Assembly: GCA_964188305.1 (NCBI GenBank)
Contig: OZ076893.1
DNA length: 64,000 bases
Origin: Podarcis bocagei
Lineage: Eukaryota
Strand: one strand, 5' to 3'
A program made the position numbers and the translations under genes. Shown here piece after piece: positions 38,229 to 51,492 of the stretch. The number at the start of each line of letters is the position of its first letter. Within the stretch, counting starts at the first letter, position 1. The notes under the pieces are model-generated. The model searched no databases. It was not told the origin of the DNA and was given only the letters and a program-made list of their open reading frames with translations.

Positions 38229-39999
38229 ACAAATGATATAGATGATTAGATACAGATATAGATATGTAATGCATTCACTTTTTCTGACATTTGCACAGGA
38301 CAATGTCCAAACTGATAATGCTCAAGTCAAATAATGGCCTTTCTTGCATAGTGAATATAAAGCAGGGTAGCCAGCGTTTTTTGTCCAGTAAGCACATTTG
38401 GAATTTGGAGAGAGTGTTGTGGTCACCAGCCAGAAATGGCTGCTATAGAGGCGTGTCTTGACACAAAGTGGCTGCCATGGAGATGTGATGTAACACAAAA
38501 GAGATGCCTAGCGTGTGGCATAATGGATTCAGTGCAGGAGAGGCTGAATCCATGCAACAGAAACTGAGTACAAAGAGGTTTTTTTTTATTATACCTGAAA
38601 AGCATCGTAAGACAAGTAAGGAGCATGGGGTCCTGTTTGCCAGCCCTGCAGTCAGCTGACTCCATCCACTGCACTGAGCTCTTAGAAGCCTCCTCACAAT
38701 TGAGAACCCTGATAATGAAACACCCTTACAATACTGCAATTCCTTGTTCAGTCATAACACCCAAGCCAGGTTAAAACCTATGCACATACGGCTGTAAACG
38801 TGTAGGTTCTTCTTCCCAATGCTCCACTGAATATGCAGATGTTGGACAGGGCCAGAGGCAGCACAAACATTGGGGAATGTGCATGAATTCTACACATGAA
38901 GGAATAATCAGTGAACAACCATAGAAAGAGGCAGTGAGGTGGGCATCTCTTGCTGAAATGACCCATTTTCCTTTATCTAGACCACTGAGCTCACTGTGAA
39001 TCATTTACTTTATCATTGTTTCTGTTTAGGTTTGTTTCCTAATAATAACTTTGATTTTCATTGGCTGCTCTCATGATCATATGTACTTGGAAGTATGCTT
39101 CACTAAAATCTATTGGACTTCCTGACATGTAATTATGCTTAGCAGAATGAAGTACTGAAGTACTACCGTTCTAAGAGGAGCTCATAACAATCTGAGAAGC
39201 ATGTTTGTTATATCCACTTTCATTAAATAAGGTAGCAATTTTACTTGATTAGCTTTGCTTTTTAAAAAGTTACTATTTGTTTAGCTGTCAGGAGATAGGG
39301 ATGTGATCTCTTCTTGCTAATTAATAGTATATTGATGTTGGCCACAAACCTCCACATAGAAATTGGGATCTCTGAAGAGGGTAGTATCAGGAGACATTTT
39401 CAATGCTGCATTTGCGTGAAATCTGTTTAAAATAATCTGTTCATATTTTAGAACTCTTTGTGTACTACAAATTTTGCATATATTTTACAACTGTAAAACA
39501 TTTTCCCCAAAATAGTTCAGATCGTGCCAATGTTTTCTGCTTCATGAAAGGCTTGGGCCAGGATCCAGAGAAGACTCTTTCTGTGAATCTGAAAGCATTT
39601 GTGGGGCGTGTTTTTGTTCACTTGCAGTCCCCATGCCATAATGGATGGGGCTTTTGAAGCTAATAAAAACTGAGTTTCAAGAATGGTTTGTAATAGGGTG
39701 TGGGAGACAATCAGCTGTTATAAGAAGTCAGAAAGTATTGCATCACCCCAACCAATATTTTGGAACCCAACTTTACTTGTGCCCTGTTATACTTCCCACC
39801 AACATCAGACACGTGAAAGTTTATTGTGGTGACTTAGCAATAAAAGATAGGCAGTCTACACATACTCAAAAGTGCTTTCCTCATATTCTGGGGCTCTTTA
39901 AAATGGTGTGGCCAAATCATGGTCAGCTCTAACAGTAATTAAAGGGAGAACTGTGGCTTCAGTAGCAGAGTGCATGCTTCTTCTGCACAAATGAGATGA

Positions 40000-41510
40000 G
40001 ACTGGATATAAGAGATCTTTCAGAGAGAGGTGTACATTGTTTTCACAATATAGGTCTCAGTATTTTACTCTGAAGCTGGTCATTTACACACCACAGACCA
40101 AATATATGGAGAGGAATTTGTGGCCATGTAGAGAAGTGTGTCATGAATTTTGTGATTATATATGGAGGGGTCAATGAAAATTTATGGAGTGGAAACTGAA
40201 ATGATAGCTATTAATGACAATGGGCCCAGGTTCCCATCAGAAGAACCAGAAACAAAAGTTGGTGAGAATAAAGCAAGAGAACTCCAATTTACCATCTATA
40301 AGGCACAAGACACTGATTTGAAAGCCAATTCTCTCTAGAACCTCAAAATCAGCTAAAGGAATAATTTTATCCTGGACATGAAAATAGCAGCTGGAGGTGC
40401 CAGATATGTTGAACTGGTGGTAGAAAAAATTCTTAACCACAAAGAGGAAGCTGCTCACCATCCGCTCCTCACAGTATATTAAGGAGGAGAGTCAGAAAAG
40501 TCTGGTACTTCAAAAACCTGAGTCACAATTCTTGATGCACTGACAGTGCCTTGGGCTTTAAACAAGCCTCCATTATTCAGTGAGTCCAGGCTCAATATAG
40601 AGATTGTTAATATTTGTTATCCTTGTTACCTGTGTATGGCTATGCTCTTTAGTTAGCCATATCCTCACATATTGTACTGCCAAAGAAAACCCCCCAAAGA
40701 AATCTCTCTCAAGATGACAACAGAAGCCCTCCTAAGCATGCAAAATCTCGATTAAAGAATCCATGGAGAAATCCTGTGTTCGGTTCTGACAGTCTCCCTT
40801 TCAAACTGAAGAAATCGATCAGCAACCATTACAGTTTGGTACCAAGTAGTGGCTGTTTCTGTGCATCACGCAGACTGAAGAGGAGATGGGAGCTGTTGCT
40901 TCAGCAGTGAAGGAACTTAGACTTGGAGCTTATACAGGAGCTAGAGGACCCATCCCTTCCAGGATCTCAGGCAGGACTTGTTTCCATTTGATTCCTTCTC
41001 ATGAGTAGCCTCTGCAGCGGCTATCCAGGTACTGCGGCAACTCTTATGTTCCTGCCTGATTCACCTTCTTCTCTGAGCCTGTGGCCCCCAAAGAGATGAG
41101 GAAGATTCTGAGAGCCAGACAGTATCTCAGCTACTCAGTCCTGGGGCAGGGTTGTGAGGTCCATGAAGAACAACGTATCCAGACTGAGAATAACTTATTA
41201 AAAATGAGATCAGTAATTTGTCTATATAACTCTATTAATTCTGTCTGGGGTTATTTATGCCTGATGTTCTTTCATTTATGAAAAGTTCCAGGAGATTAAG
41301 TTCCATGGAAGAGCCAAGGATGGAGGTTCCCCACCACTCAGCTCCAAGGTCTCAGTGACTCTCTTCATCCTGGACCAAAATGACAGTGCTCCCCAAATCC
41401 TGTACCCCTTCCCTCCCACTGATGGTTCCACAGGGATAGAGCTGGCCCTTCACTCCTCTGAGCCAGGCTACCTACCTGGTCACTAAGGTAGTGGCCATGG
41501 ATTTGGACTC
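40000..41510 (+). pseudogene. Degraded gammaA variable-exon pseudogene (EC1-EC2, part of EC4, EC5-EC6 start)
   Basis: 40000-40550 aligns with gene 4 EC1/EC2 (ctcagtatttt, tcaatgaaaatttatggagt, ttaatgacaat..ttcccatcagaa). 40725-40845 resembles EC4 (ALLxxQ..YSLV). 41291-41510 is ~90% identical to 24074-24289. Stops, indels and a 4-bp duplication (ctacctacct, ~41468) break the frame; EC3 and TM are missing. Confidence 0.85.
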
Positions 41511-42665
41511 AGACATATACTTCCTGTATGGCCCATACTGATTTTAGGAACATATTTCAAACACTCTGATTTTGTCATCAGTGACTACAATTATCATTTG
41601 CAACTTGTCTGTTTATATAACGTTCTTGCCTATCCTCAGTCTCTGTAGATTGAATAGGATATAAGGCTAGAAAACAAAATTGTTGCAATTATTGCAGAAG
41701 TATCGCATGCAGTATCCTAGACAGAGATGGGCAGGTGGTGGGTCAGGATCTACTGATAGATCTTTGGGTGATTTTCAGCAGAATGGCAAGGGTTTCTGGC
41801 TCCCAGCTTAACAATAACAAAAAACTTTTTTTCACCTAAATTAGGCTGCCGAAATGAGGAAAACTAACCAGGAGTGAACTTTTGTGTAGAATGATTGTGG
41901 AACAGTTCTGTTCTGGTACTGAAAACACATTCCTTGGCTCAGAATGTGCTCAGAAGAAGCCTGTTGTTTAATTCTGTGGGTGGTACTCAATGCTAGTCCT
42001 ACTCAGACCTATTGAAGTTGATGGACATGACAAACTTAGGTTCACTTATGTCACTGAGTCTACCTCAGGGTAGGACTTAGTTGACTACAACCCTATGTCT
42101 TTTGCACCTGGTTCTGACTGATAGATTAACTTGATGTCTGCCCATTCCTGCCCTATGAAATGAAGTATTGTGGATTCAGAAATTCTAGCGGGTGGGGAGC
42201 AAGGGCCCAGCACTTGTAGTTGTTCCCCACATGACAGCTCTTCATAATGACTCCCACCCCTTTCTGCCTCAGTTTCTTCCTCTAATCATAAAAAAGAGGT
42301 TGGCAGTTTGGCACAAAAGCTGGTACTATGGGCATTGCCTTTAGACCTTCTGAAGAATTTAAGGCTTTGCTTTGGGGGGCTATTGTGAAGGAAACCCTCT
42401 GAAATTAAGTGCCGAGTGCTATATTTCTGCCTCAGAAACTTTGTTTATGAAGTTCTTGATACAAAGCCCACTGATAGGTAATAACTTCAGAGTGTTTCCT
42501 GTATGCACCATATGTGTGTTCACTCTTGCACATACTGCCTTAAGGAGAATTGTGAAATGCACACACAACTAAATAATTGCATAAACCTGTGCACATCTAG
42601 AGAGAAATGTTGCTACCCTGTCAGCCTCTGAACTCTTATCAGCATGTTGTGCCAGTAGGTGCTCC

Positions 42666-42707
42666 TGCAGTTTTCCAGCAGAGACTCAGAGTGCCGCTGT
42701 TGGCCAA
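42666..42707 (+). promoter_or_regulatory. Pcdh CSE/CTCF promoter element (canonical CGCT box)
   Basis: TGCAGttttccagcagagactcagagtgcCGCTgttggccaa; 29-bp spacing. Confidence 0.9.
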
Positions 42708-42831
42708 TACGGGATAAGGATAGAAATCAGGGGTCCATTCACTTTTCCTGTGATGTAACAATTACTGAGTTAAGTTCTACAAATCTGAAGGAGCTGGAAT
42801 TGAGGGACAACAATATAGCATCCTACCAAAA

Positions 42832-45378
42832 ATGGATCCCTCCCCGTTGAGACTGCATCAGGGAATGATGCCTGCTCCTGACAACAACTTCTTGCAGCAT
42901 GAAAGAAACTTGAAGACCCGAATCAGAAAAGAAAAGATGCAAACAAAGCAGCCGAGGAAATGGCTGAAGATCACAGGGAGCAGGGAGCCACTCCGGCGGC
43001 AAGTACAGCTTTCCTTGTTATTCTCTTTGTTCTGCCTGACAATGTCGGAAGAGGTCTGGTATTCAATTCCTGAGGAAAGGGAGAAGGGTTCTCTTGTGGG
43101 AAATCTGGCCAAGGATTTGGGTCTGAGTAAGAGAGACCTAGTGAAGAGGAAGCTCCGTATTGTTTCTGCAGCTAATGCTCAGTTCTTTACTGTGAATGAG
43201 GAACATGGAGACTTCTATGTAAGAGACCAAATAGATCGAGAAGCAATCTGTGGGAAATCACCACGTTGTGTCCTTAACTTTGAAACTGTGGTTGAAAACC
43301 CTCTAAATGTTTTTCATATAAGCATCACCATAGAGGATATTAATGATAATGCACCACAATTTTTAAAAGATGATATCAAGCTAGAAATAAGTGAATCTAG
43401 CTTGACTGGAGCCATATTCCCCCTTGAAAGTGCTGAAGATCCTGACGTTGGAATAAATTCTCTGCAAAATTACCAGCTGAGCAGTAACCAGTACTTCACC
43501 TTGGAAGTTAAAGAAAGTCCAGATGGAAATAAATATCCTATTTTAGTGCAAAGCAAACCTCTGGATCGGGAAAGTGAGCACAGCCTCCACTTGATCCTTA
43601 CAGGCCTGGATGGTGGAGAACCAAGAAAAACTGGAACAGCCCAGATATGGATTAATGTCACTGATGCCAATGACAACCCACCTGTTTTCACTGAGGAAGT
43701 CTATAAACTCAGCCTAAAAGAGAGTGCACCAAAAGGATCGTTAGTGATCCAGGTGAAAGCCTCAGATGCAGATGAAGGTCCTTATGCACAGATAAGATAC
43801 AGTTTTAGCAATATCCCAGCTAAAGCAAGACAGAAATTCAGCCTGGATCCTGAAAGTGGAGCAATTTTAGTTAGGGAGACTTTAGACTTTGAAGAATCCA
43901 GAAGCTATATGATGTTAGTGGAAGCCAAAGATGGTGGTGGACTACTGGCACATTGTAAAGTCGAGATTGATATTCTGGATGAGAATGACAATGCTCCAGA
44001 GATTTTGCTAACATCTATCTTTAGTCCAGTTCCTGAAGACTCTCTACCAGGAACTGTCATAGCTTTGATCAATGTGGATGATAGAGATGAAGGAGAAAAT
44101 GGGAAGGTTACTTGCCACATACAATATAATTTGCCTTTTAAAATTCTTTCTTCATCTAACAGTTACTACAAGTTACTTACAGAGAGTCCCCTAGACAGAG
44201 AAAAAGCCTCAGGATACAACATCACAATCACGGCCACCGACAAAGGTAGCCCCCCTCTCTCCTCCAACAAAACCATCTCCCTGCAGATTTCAGATATCAA
44301 TGACAACCCCCCTTCCTTTGAAAAATCAACCTACAGTGTCTTTGTGCCAGAAAACAATCCCTCAGGTGCCTCCATTTTTGCCCTCAAAGCTTCGGACCCG
44401 GATCTGGACCGCAACTCACGTATCACTTACTCCATCCTCAACAGCAACATGGAGGAGCTGCCTCTCTCCTCTTACGTCTCCATCAACTCTGAGACGGGAA
44501 CTATCTATGCACAGCGCTCCTTTGACTATGAGCAATTCAGGGAGTTTCAGATCCAAGTGAAGGCCCAAGATGGCGGCTCTCCCTCTCTCAGCAACAATGC
44601 CACCGTGTGGGTGTACATTTTGGATCAGAACGATAACAGCCCTCGCGTTCTGTATCCTTTCCCAGGTGCTGAGGGCTCTGCCTTGTTTGAGATGGTTCCT
44701 CACTCGGCAGAGCCAGGCTACCTCGTGACCAAAGTGGTGGCTGTGGACGCGGACTCTGGGCACAATGCCTGGCTCTCCTACCAAGTGCTGCAGGCCACAG
44801 AGCCGGCCCTCTTCACCATTGGGACCCACACGGGAGAGATCAGGACATCACGAGCCCTTCTGGAGAAAGATGCTGTGAAACAGAAGCTGGTCATCTTGGT
44901 GAAGGACAATGGGAAGGCTCCGCTCTCAGCTACTGTGGTCCTCAACCTCGTGGTTGCCGAGAACTTCCAAGAGGCACTTCCGGAAATGAGCAAACCAGCC
45001 ATTGACTCTAAGTATCAGTCTGATATGAATGCCATTTTAGTTATAGCCTTGGCTTTGGTCTCATTCTTATTCCTTTTTACAGTCTTAACAGTTTTAATAC
45101 TTAAATGTCGGAGACAGAGAAGCCCAACAGTGCTTGGATCCTACAATACTGACTTGTACTCTAGCTTGGGACACAAATTTTCCTGCAATTACAATAATGG
45201 GACATTGACATTGCCCTATTCATATGAAGTGTGCTTAGCGTCTAAGGCAGACCGGAATGAGTTTGCCTTTCTGAAACCAAACCCCTCAGTGGCCACAGAT
45301 GATCCCATTCTGAAGGACGATTCTGGAATTGGGAATGAATCTCTGGGTGAAAATCTCATCCCTGATAACAGTGTGCAG
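42832..45378 (+). CDS. Protocadherin gamma-B-like variable exon (gene 7; start uncertain, 42937 plausible)
   Basis: Six EC repeats; distinct TM/cytoplasmic domain ([17 protein letters not shown]). Several in-frame ATGs between 42832 and 42937. Donor CAG|GTGAGA at 45378/45379, phase 0. Confidence 0.9.
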
Positions 45379-45961
45379 GTGAGAATCACAGATACATTTT
45401 AAGACATAGACTGCAAGGCTGTAATATTTCCGTTTTCTAACCTGTTTATTCAGAGTGAAGAAAAGCAGCTTGGTGGCACCCAGAATTCACCTGCATTTCG
45501 AACACTGCTTAGTTAAGATGCTTCTTTTTTAGGGGGGGAGGAACCCTGATGAATAATATAAGTAAAAGGTAGTATCTTGTCATAGAATATACAGTAGTCT
45601 TCTGCACCTATAAGGTATGGATGTTTCCATAAAGTGAGATATTTTCATGGAACCTGGTAAGCTTGAACTTTCCTTTAGATTTGAGAGTAATGGACCCAAG
45701 AAGACATTTAACAATGTCAGAATTGTCCCTTTATTCTTCAAAAGTAACAGGACAATCATTCTATCGCAAGAATGTAATTTCTTCTTTGGTACAAATTTGT
45801 TGGGTTATGTCTGCCCTCTACTGATCAGATGTTATACTGCAGTTCTGGGTTTAGCATATAGTGTTCCTAGACTTTATTACAAGCGCAACCAACTTAATAA
45901 TATTTAGCTACAAATCAGTTTTACTTTGTGTTGATTTTAAATACCTTGTCTTATTTGTTGC

Positions 45962-45964
<3 letters not shown>

Positions 45965-46003
<39 letters not shown>
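45965..46003. repeat. (GT)n microsatellite
   Basis: Perfect run. Confidence 0.97.
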
Positions 46004-46005
<2 letters not shown>

Positions 46006-46211
46006 GAATGCTGTCACAATCTTCTCTTCTTCAGGCTAAACATACCCCGTCGTAGGGCTTGTCTTTCATACTATGGACCATATCTACGTTGCCCTCCTCT
46101 GAACCTGTTCCAATTTATCTAAATTCTTCTAAATATGTGATGTCCAGGACTGGACATAGTTCTTCAGATGCAATATGAGTAGTACATGAGTTTTGTTTGT
46201 TTTCCTTTTGG

Positions 46212-46442
46212 CTATATTTCCAAATCTGAAAGGCTGTGCTCGTTTAAGCAAGTGGCAACAGGTTTTTCAAGGCTTGTGTGTGTGTGACTACTCATTTGTG
46301 ATTTTTTGAAATTGTAACAAAGGTCTGTCCTCGTTTTTCCAACATAGTGTATATGGCACGCAGGGTACTTACATTCTGTAACACAGGTGAAACTGTATAA
46401 CACGGAATTTAAAGTGTTATGATCAGTGATAGGGTTTTGCAA
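46212..46442 (-). mobile_element. Penelope-like element GIY-YIG endonuclease remnant
   Basis: ORF peptide ..FTC..CxxxxCHIHYVGKTRTDL..F...KPVA..LNEHSLSDLEI resembles the YVG(Q/K)T and KPVAxHFN motifs of PLE endonucleases. Confidence 0.65.
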
Positions 46443-46875
46443 GGATACTGGCTATCAAGGGTGATGGAGGGAAGATGATGGATCAAAGCATGCTATAAAT
46501 GGGATATGATATTGCATGTTTCTATCTTCCACACCCAGAGAGCGTCTCCTCCACACAGGTGGGACAAATACTAAGAAGCAGCACCTATCTCCATATTTTT
46601 TTTTAGTATGTGTGCATCCAGCATCCATCTATCCCCTTGTGATCAAGAAGATCTTACAGACTGATCAGTGTCTACTACTCCCTTCTGCACATTGCATCTG
46701 TTTAAAAATAATAATCTTGAAATGTGATTCTGCCTTTTTAAAATTGGATTATAGGAATTGTAAAGAGGCATAAGACTCATTTGAATGGATTGACTCTGCT
46801 AAAGATAATATTTGTCATCTGTTAGGACTAAGTCATCTATAAGCTAGAGAAATTGACTGAGAAAGGAGAGGCAGT

Positions 46876-46960
46876 GATAAAATATTTTTAATATTTTGTT
46901 GGAAGCCGCCCAGAGTGGCTGGGAAAACCCAGCCAGATGGGCGGGGTATAAATAATAAAT
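46876..46960 (+). mobile_element. L2 LINE 3' terminus fragment
   Basis: tgttggaagccgcccagagtggctggg..acccagccagatgggcggggtataaataataaat. Confidence 0.65.
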
Positions 46961-48709
46961 TCAAGCAGGAGACAGGACCTAATAACCTAATAACATCAGC
47001 CATGCCAACGGAGTTCATTCACCTGCCCATAAAACACCATTACCAACAATGCCTTTGTCTGGATCACCCATGAGACAAGGAGAGGCAACAGCCTCAGGTG
47101 GCAGGATCTACAGGGGCAGCAGATCCCAAAATAGATCTTTATTCCTCCCTTTTTCCTGGTGTAGCTATTCACTCACCCCTTCTTCCCTGGCAGGGAGGGG
47201 GTGCCATTTTGTGGTTTGCCTCAGGTGCCAAAAAGTATTAGGCTGGCCTATAAACAGGCCATTTGTACTAAAGAACACAAATCTGATATAAAAAATGGCA
47301 ACATTCAATGGAAGAGCAGGATTCCCTGCTGGTGACCCCAAATTAACAATACTCTGGCAAAAAGACTTAAACAGGCAGTTCCAGCTTGGAGTTGCTGTAC
47401 TAGAATTTCTCAGCAAGTTTCATACTGTTCTGTTCTGGCTCAGCTGAATCAATTGATTTGCTTCATAGTACGAAAACAAGAGAATTCTTTGGCAGCTAAC
47501 GTATGTATTGCGGAATAAGCTTTCATGGTGGACGCTAGCCCACAAAAACTTTCGCCATAATAAATTTGCTAGGCTTAAAAAGACTCTGTTGTTTTCAGGC
47601 AACAAATTTCAGTCTTTGAGGTGCCACAAGACATTTTGTTCTCTTTATGGGCTTCTCTTGAATCATCAAATCACATGTGTAATTTTGCATCAGGACCAAC
47701 TTTTTGATATAAAGGCAGGCCACTTAAAAATGGCAGGCAAAAGGAGACATTTGGCAGCCAAGTTTGGGTGTTACTCAGTTGATCCTAAGATAAATGTGAG
47801 TCATCAGTTGCTGCAACAGTGGACAAATAGAGGTGGCAGCTTAACACAGGATGATGCTTTCTGACTGAACATGTTTTAAAATGCTTCTCAGATTTTGGCA
47901 GGAACTACGGGCAATCAATTTCTAAAGTTATATCTACAATGGTAAATTAGCATTTACTGAATGGCCTGTTGTTGTTAAAATTTGTATACCACCCTTCATC
48001 TGAAAGATCACAAGTTGGTTTAATTAAAACCACTCTGCAAAGAATAATGGAATATGATACCAAAGGCATGAAAAGCAAACTAGTGGATTCCTGATATATT
48101 TGTTATTATCTCTTCTATGTAGCTGAGAATTCACATAGAAAATGTTCTGCTCTCTAGCTTACTCCAGAATGTCAGCAGTTTTTTGTTTGTTGCAGCAAAA
48201 CCCACAATGACTACCTTAAAGGTTTATTGTGGCATACAGGTTATGTATTTTATTGCTTCAGTTGAGGCTATGTTCTTATCACTATGCAAAGCATGGGTAG
48301 AGAGCGAATTTCCCCCTACCTCTCATCTCATAATTCAAGGTCTTCAAAGAAGTGGTCTGCATACAGTTCAAGGCTGACATAAGAAAATACTTCTGTACAA
48401 AGTTAATAATTAACTCAGCATCCTAAGATGTGATGAGATTGCTTTATGAAAAATGGTTGAACCTACATAGATGAAGGCAGTATACCTCAAAGGAACAGCT
48501 GGTGCCTTTCATTTCTATTCCTTGCTTGACAGCTTGCAGAGGTTTTTGCTTTCTGATATTAACAGCAGAATGCTGATCTAGATGGATTTTGCTTTGATTC
48601 AGCAAGGCAACTCTTGATCTTAGCTACCCCAAGTGACTTGTGAATGTTCCAGGGAAATGAACATTTTTATTATGAATTATTATTATGCACACAGGTGTAA
48701 AACAAGATA

Positions 48710-49124
48710 CCGTATTTTTCTGTGTATTGGACGAGGGTTTTTGACTCAAAAATCACTTCAGAAAACTGAGGTCGTCCAATACATGGATAGTAGCATGGCA
48801 GCGGGGAGAAGGGTGGTGTGCCGCCAGCCATTCGGTGGGCTGGAGAGCGGATTCCCCCGATGCTGCAGCGAGCGGGAAGCGATCTGGGGGGTGTTTACTG
48901 CCCACAGCTGCGTGGTGGGGAGAAGCAGCATGCTGCCAGCCAGCTCTTTGATGGGGCGCAAATTCACCCAATGCCGTTGTGTGTGGGAAATGATCAAGGG
49001 AGTGTTTTCTGCCCACAGCTGCGTGGGGGGAGAGGCTGGACAACTTTGAGCCATCTCCCCTCATTTTCTTAAACGGAGGTGTGTGTCTTATACAAGGGGA
49101 CGTCTTATAGACAGAAAAGTACAG
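48710..49124. mobile_element. Tc1/mariner-type MITE
   Basis: Imperfect TIRs ccgtatttttctgtgtattggacg ... cgtcttatagacagaaaagtacag, flanked by TA. Confidence 0.7.
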
Positions 49125-50140
49125 TAACTTGGTCAGCGAGAAACTAGAAAATTGAAAAAGCCACCAGGTGATTCTGAAACTATTGTAGTCATTAGTTGGG
49201 TAATAGCCTAATCCTATACATGTTTACTTGGAAGTAAGGGTGAAAATAGACACAATGGTGATCAATTTGTAAACAGCTGCTGGGGGCAGTGATCTGGATC
49301 AGGACCACAACAGGAGCAAAGGCTTGAATCTTCTCTCTCTCCCAGCCCCGGTCTGGATTGGGCTTTCCTATACTTGTTATTTAGTAAACAAGAAACAATC
49401 ATGAACATGCCATTGTCGTTCCCTCCACAAGTGCAACGTATTTTACTCCCAACAGTAAATGTCCACAGGATTGCAACCTTACAGCCCTGTTTCGTAAATT
49501 TCAATGTACTTATCTACATACAGCCTGTGCAGAATCTATGCAGGATTTGGCTGTTAACCACTTAAAGCTAGCTATAATGCACTTTACATATAAGCTATTG
49601 AGAGAGGTTTTGTCAATCGTGGGCCTAAGAACTATGGTCTTAGCCCACAAAAGGCAAGAGGGCAAAGGATGTGATGATACTACTTCATATGAACAGGTTT
49701 TTGGCTGGTAGTTGATGTGAGGGGACCGTTAACCAGACTGACTTTTGCTGTGCTCTGAGTTGCATTTTGTGTGGGATGTATATGACTATAAATCCAATCC
49801 AACCATCAGCGGAAAATGATGGGGCAGGACAGTGGTGAGATTAATGATATATACTGCATCATTTTAAGGCAACGTTTAACCATGTGCTGAGCCTCAAAGT
49901 ATGCATGGTGGTTTGGTCTGAAGATTTTGTTTTGTTAGGGAAATGCGGTCAAAGGACTAAAAGTTGATTGCAGGAAAGAGACTTAGGAGGAAGGAGTGAT
50001 CAACATTCTCCCTTCTAATTCTTTTTGTAATCAAAATCACCCCCCCTCCCACAGCACTCCCCCTATTGTCTCATGTGGTGGGGGAAAGAAGTTAGTGTCC
50101 AATATACCTCTGATGAAAATAGGGATGTCCTATTTAATAT

Positions 50141-51298
50141 TCTTTCCATATTCTATGGGTCATTAGACTAAAATCAGTCATGTTAAAAGGTGTGTGGGGG
50201 TGTGCAGCAAATATCCTTTGGAAACATATGCTTGAGGAATATCCCAAATCTGATGCAACAACAAAACAACAACAAAACAACAACAACAATTGACTGGGTT
50301 GCCCTAGCAACTCTGGCGGCTTCCAATATATATAAAAACATATACAACATAAAAAATACTTCACTATGCAGGGCTGCCTTCAGATATCTTCTAAAGGTTG
50401 TATAATGGGGTGGCCATATTTCAAGAGGTAAAAATCCGGACCCAAAAAGTTGTTGAGCATTTTAGGGCAGTAACCAGATAGCCTCTCCCCCTTCGCAGAG
50501 CCTAAGCCACCCTTGCCAGAGCCAGAACTCCATTCAGTGAGGACTAGAGACTTGTTTCTTTATTTTAAATTGAAATTTGGGAAACATGGCCAGTTAAGGA
50601 TTCAAACAGACAATGGGTGGCATGTCTAGAATCCAAGAAAACCTGACAGATAAGGCTACAGAGACAACCTTATTTTGACTTCAGTCGGAGAGATTAAATA
50701 TACGCTTACCTTTCCCATCCAAAGTGCTTAATTTTTTCTAAGACTGTTTCTACTGCATATTACAGTGTCTTTAGAATTCGTTCAAAATTTTGGTTTTATC
50801 ATTTCCTTCTAAATAATCTTGAGGTTGTTAATATTTGCCTCTGTGTGGCCAAAAAGCTGTTCATAAATCACAAAAATATTAATAAAATAGATATGATTGA
50901 CACTATTTTTAGAAAGAAGACAATGAAAACCCACTTTAAATTGTGAAAGAAATGTCATTTGTGAGTGCTGAGGTGGGGCTCATGTCTCCATAGAAAAAAG
51001 CAAAGGCAAAGATCCCTTGCAGTGCAGAAAATAGTGCGCTCCTCCCTGCTACCAGCTGCATATATCAGGGAGAAGCTGTACGTAGGTAGAAGCTTGCTTG
51101 TCACCCAGGAGGCTCTCTCTCACACAATCCAGAGAGACTAGGTAAGAAGTCAAGAGCTAATCATGAATAGATTTGCATGGTTGCATCAGATTTGGGATAT
51201 TCCTCAAGCATATGTTTCCAAAGGATATTTGCTGCACACCCACACAGACCTTTTAACATGACTGATTTTAGTCTAATGACCCATAGAATATGGAAAGA
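50141..51298. repeat. 119-bp near-perfect inverted repeat (50141-50259 / 51180-51298)
   Basis: The arms are reverse complements with 2 mismatches; spacer is 920 bp. Confidence 0.95.
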
Positions 51299-51441
51299 TA
51301 TTTTAGCCTGTGGTGTTTTCCTGATATAAATTTCCTCCCCGGCTAGCAACTTGTTATATTTTCAGTAGGTGTTCCTCCGTTACTTCTTTGCCTTCTATGC
51401 AACCTGATACATTTGCACAAGGCAAAGGTCCATTCAAGACT

Positions 51442-51444
<3 letters not shown>

Positions 51445-51491
<47 letters not shown>
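51445..51491. repeat. (AC)n microsatellite
   Basis: Perfect run. Confidence 0.97.
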
Positions 51492-51492
<1 letters not shown>

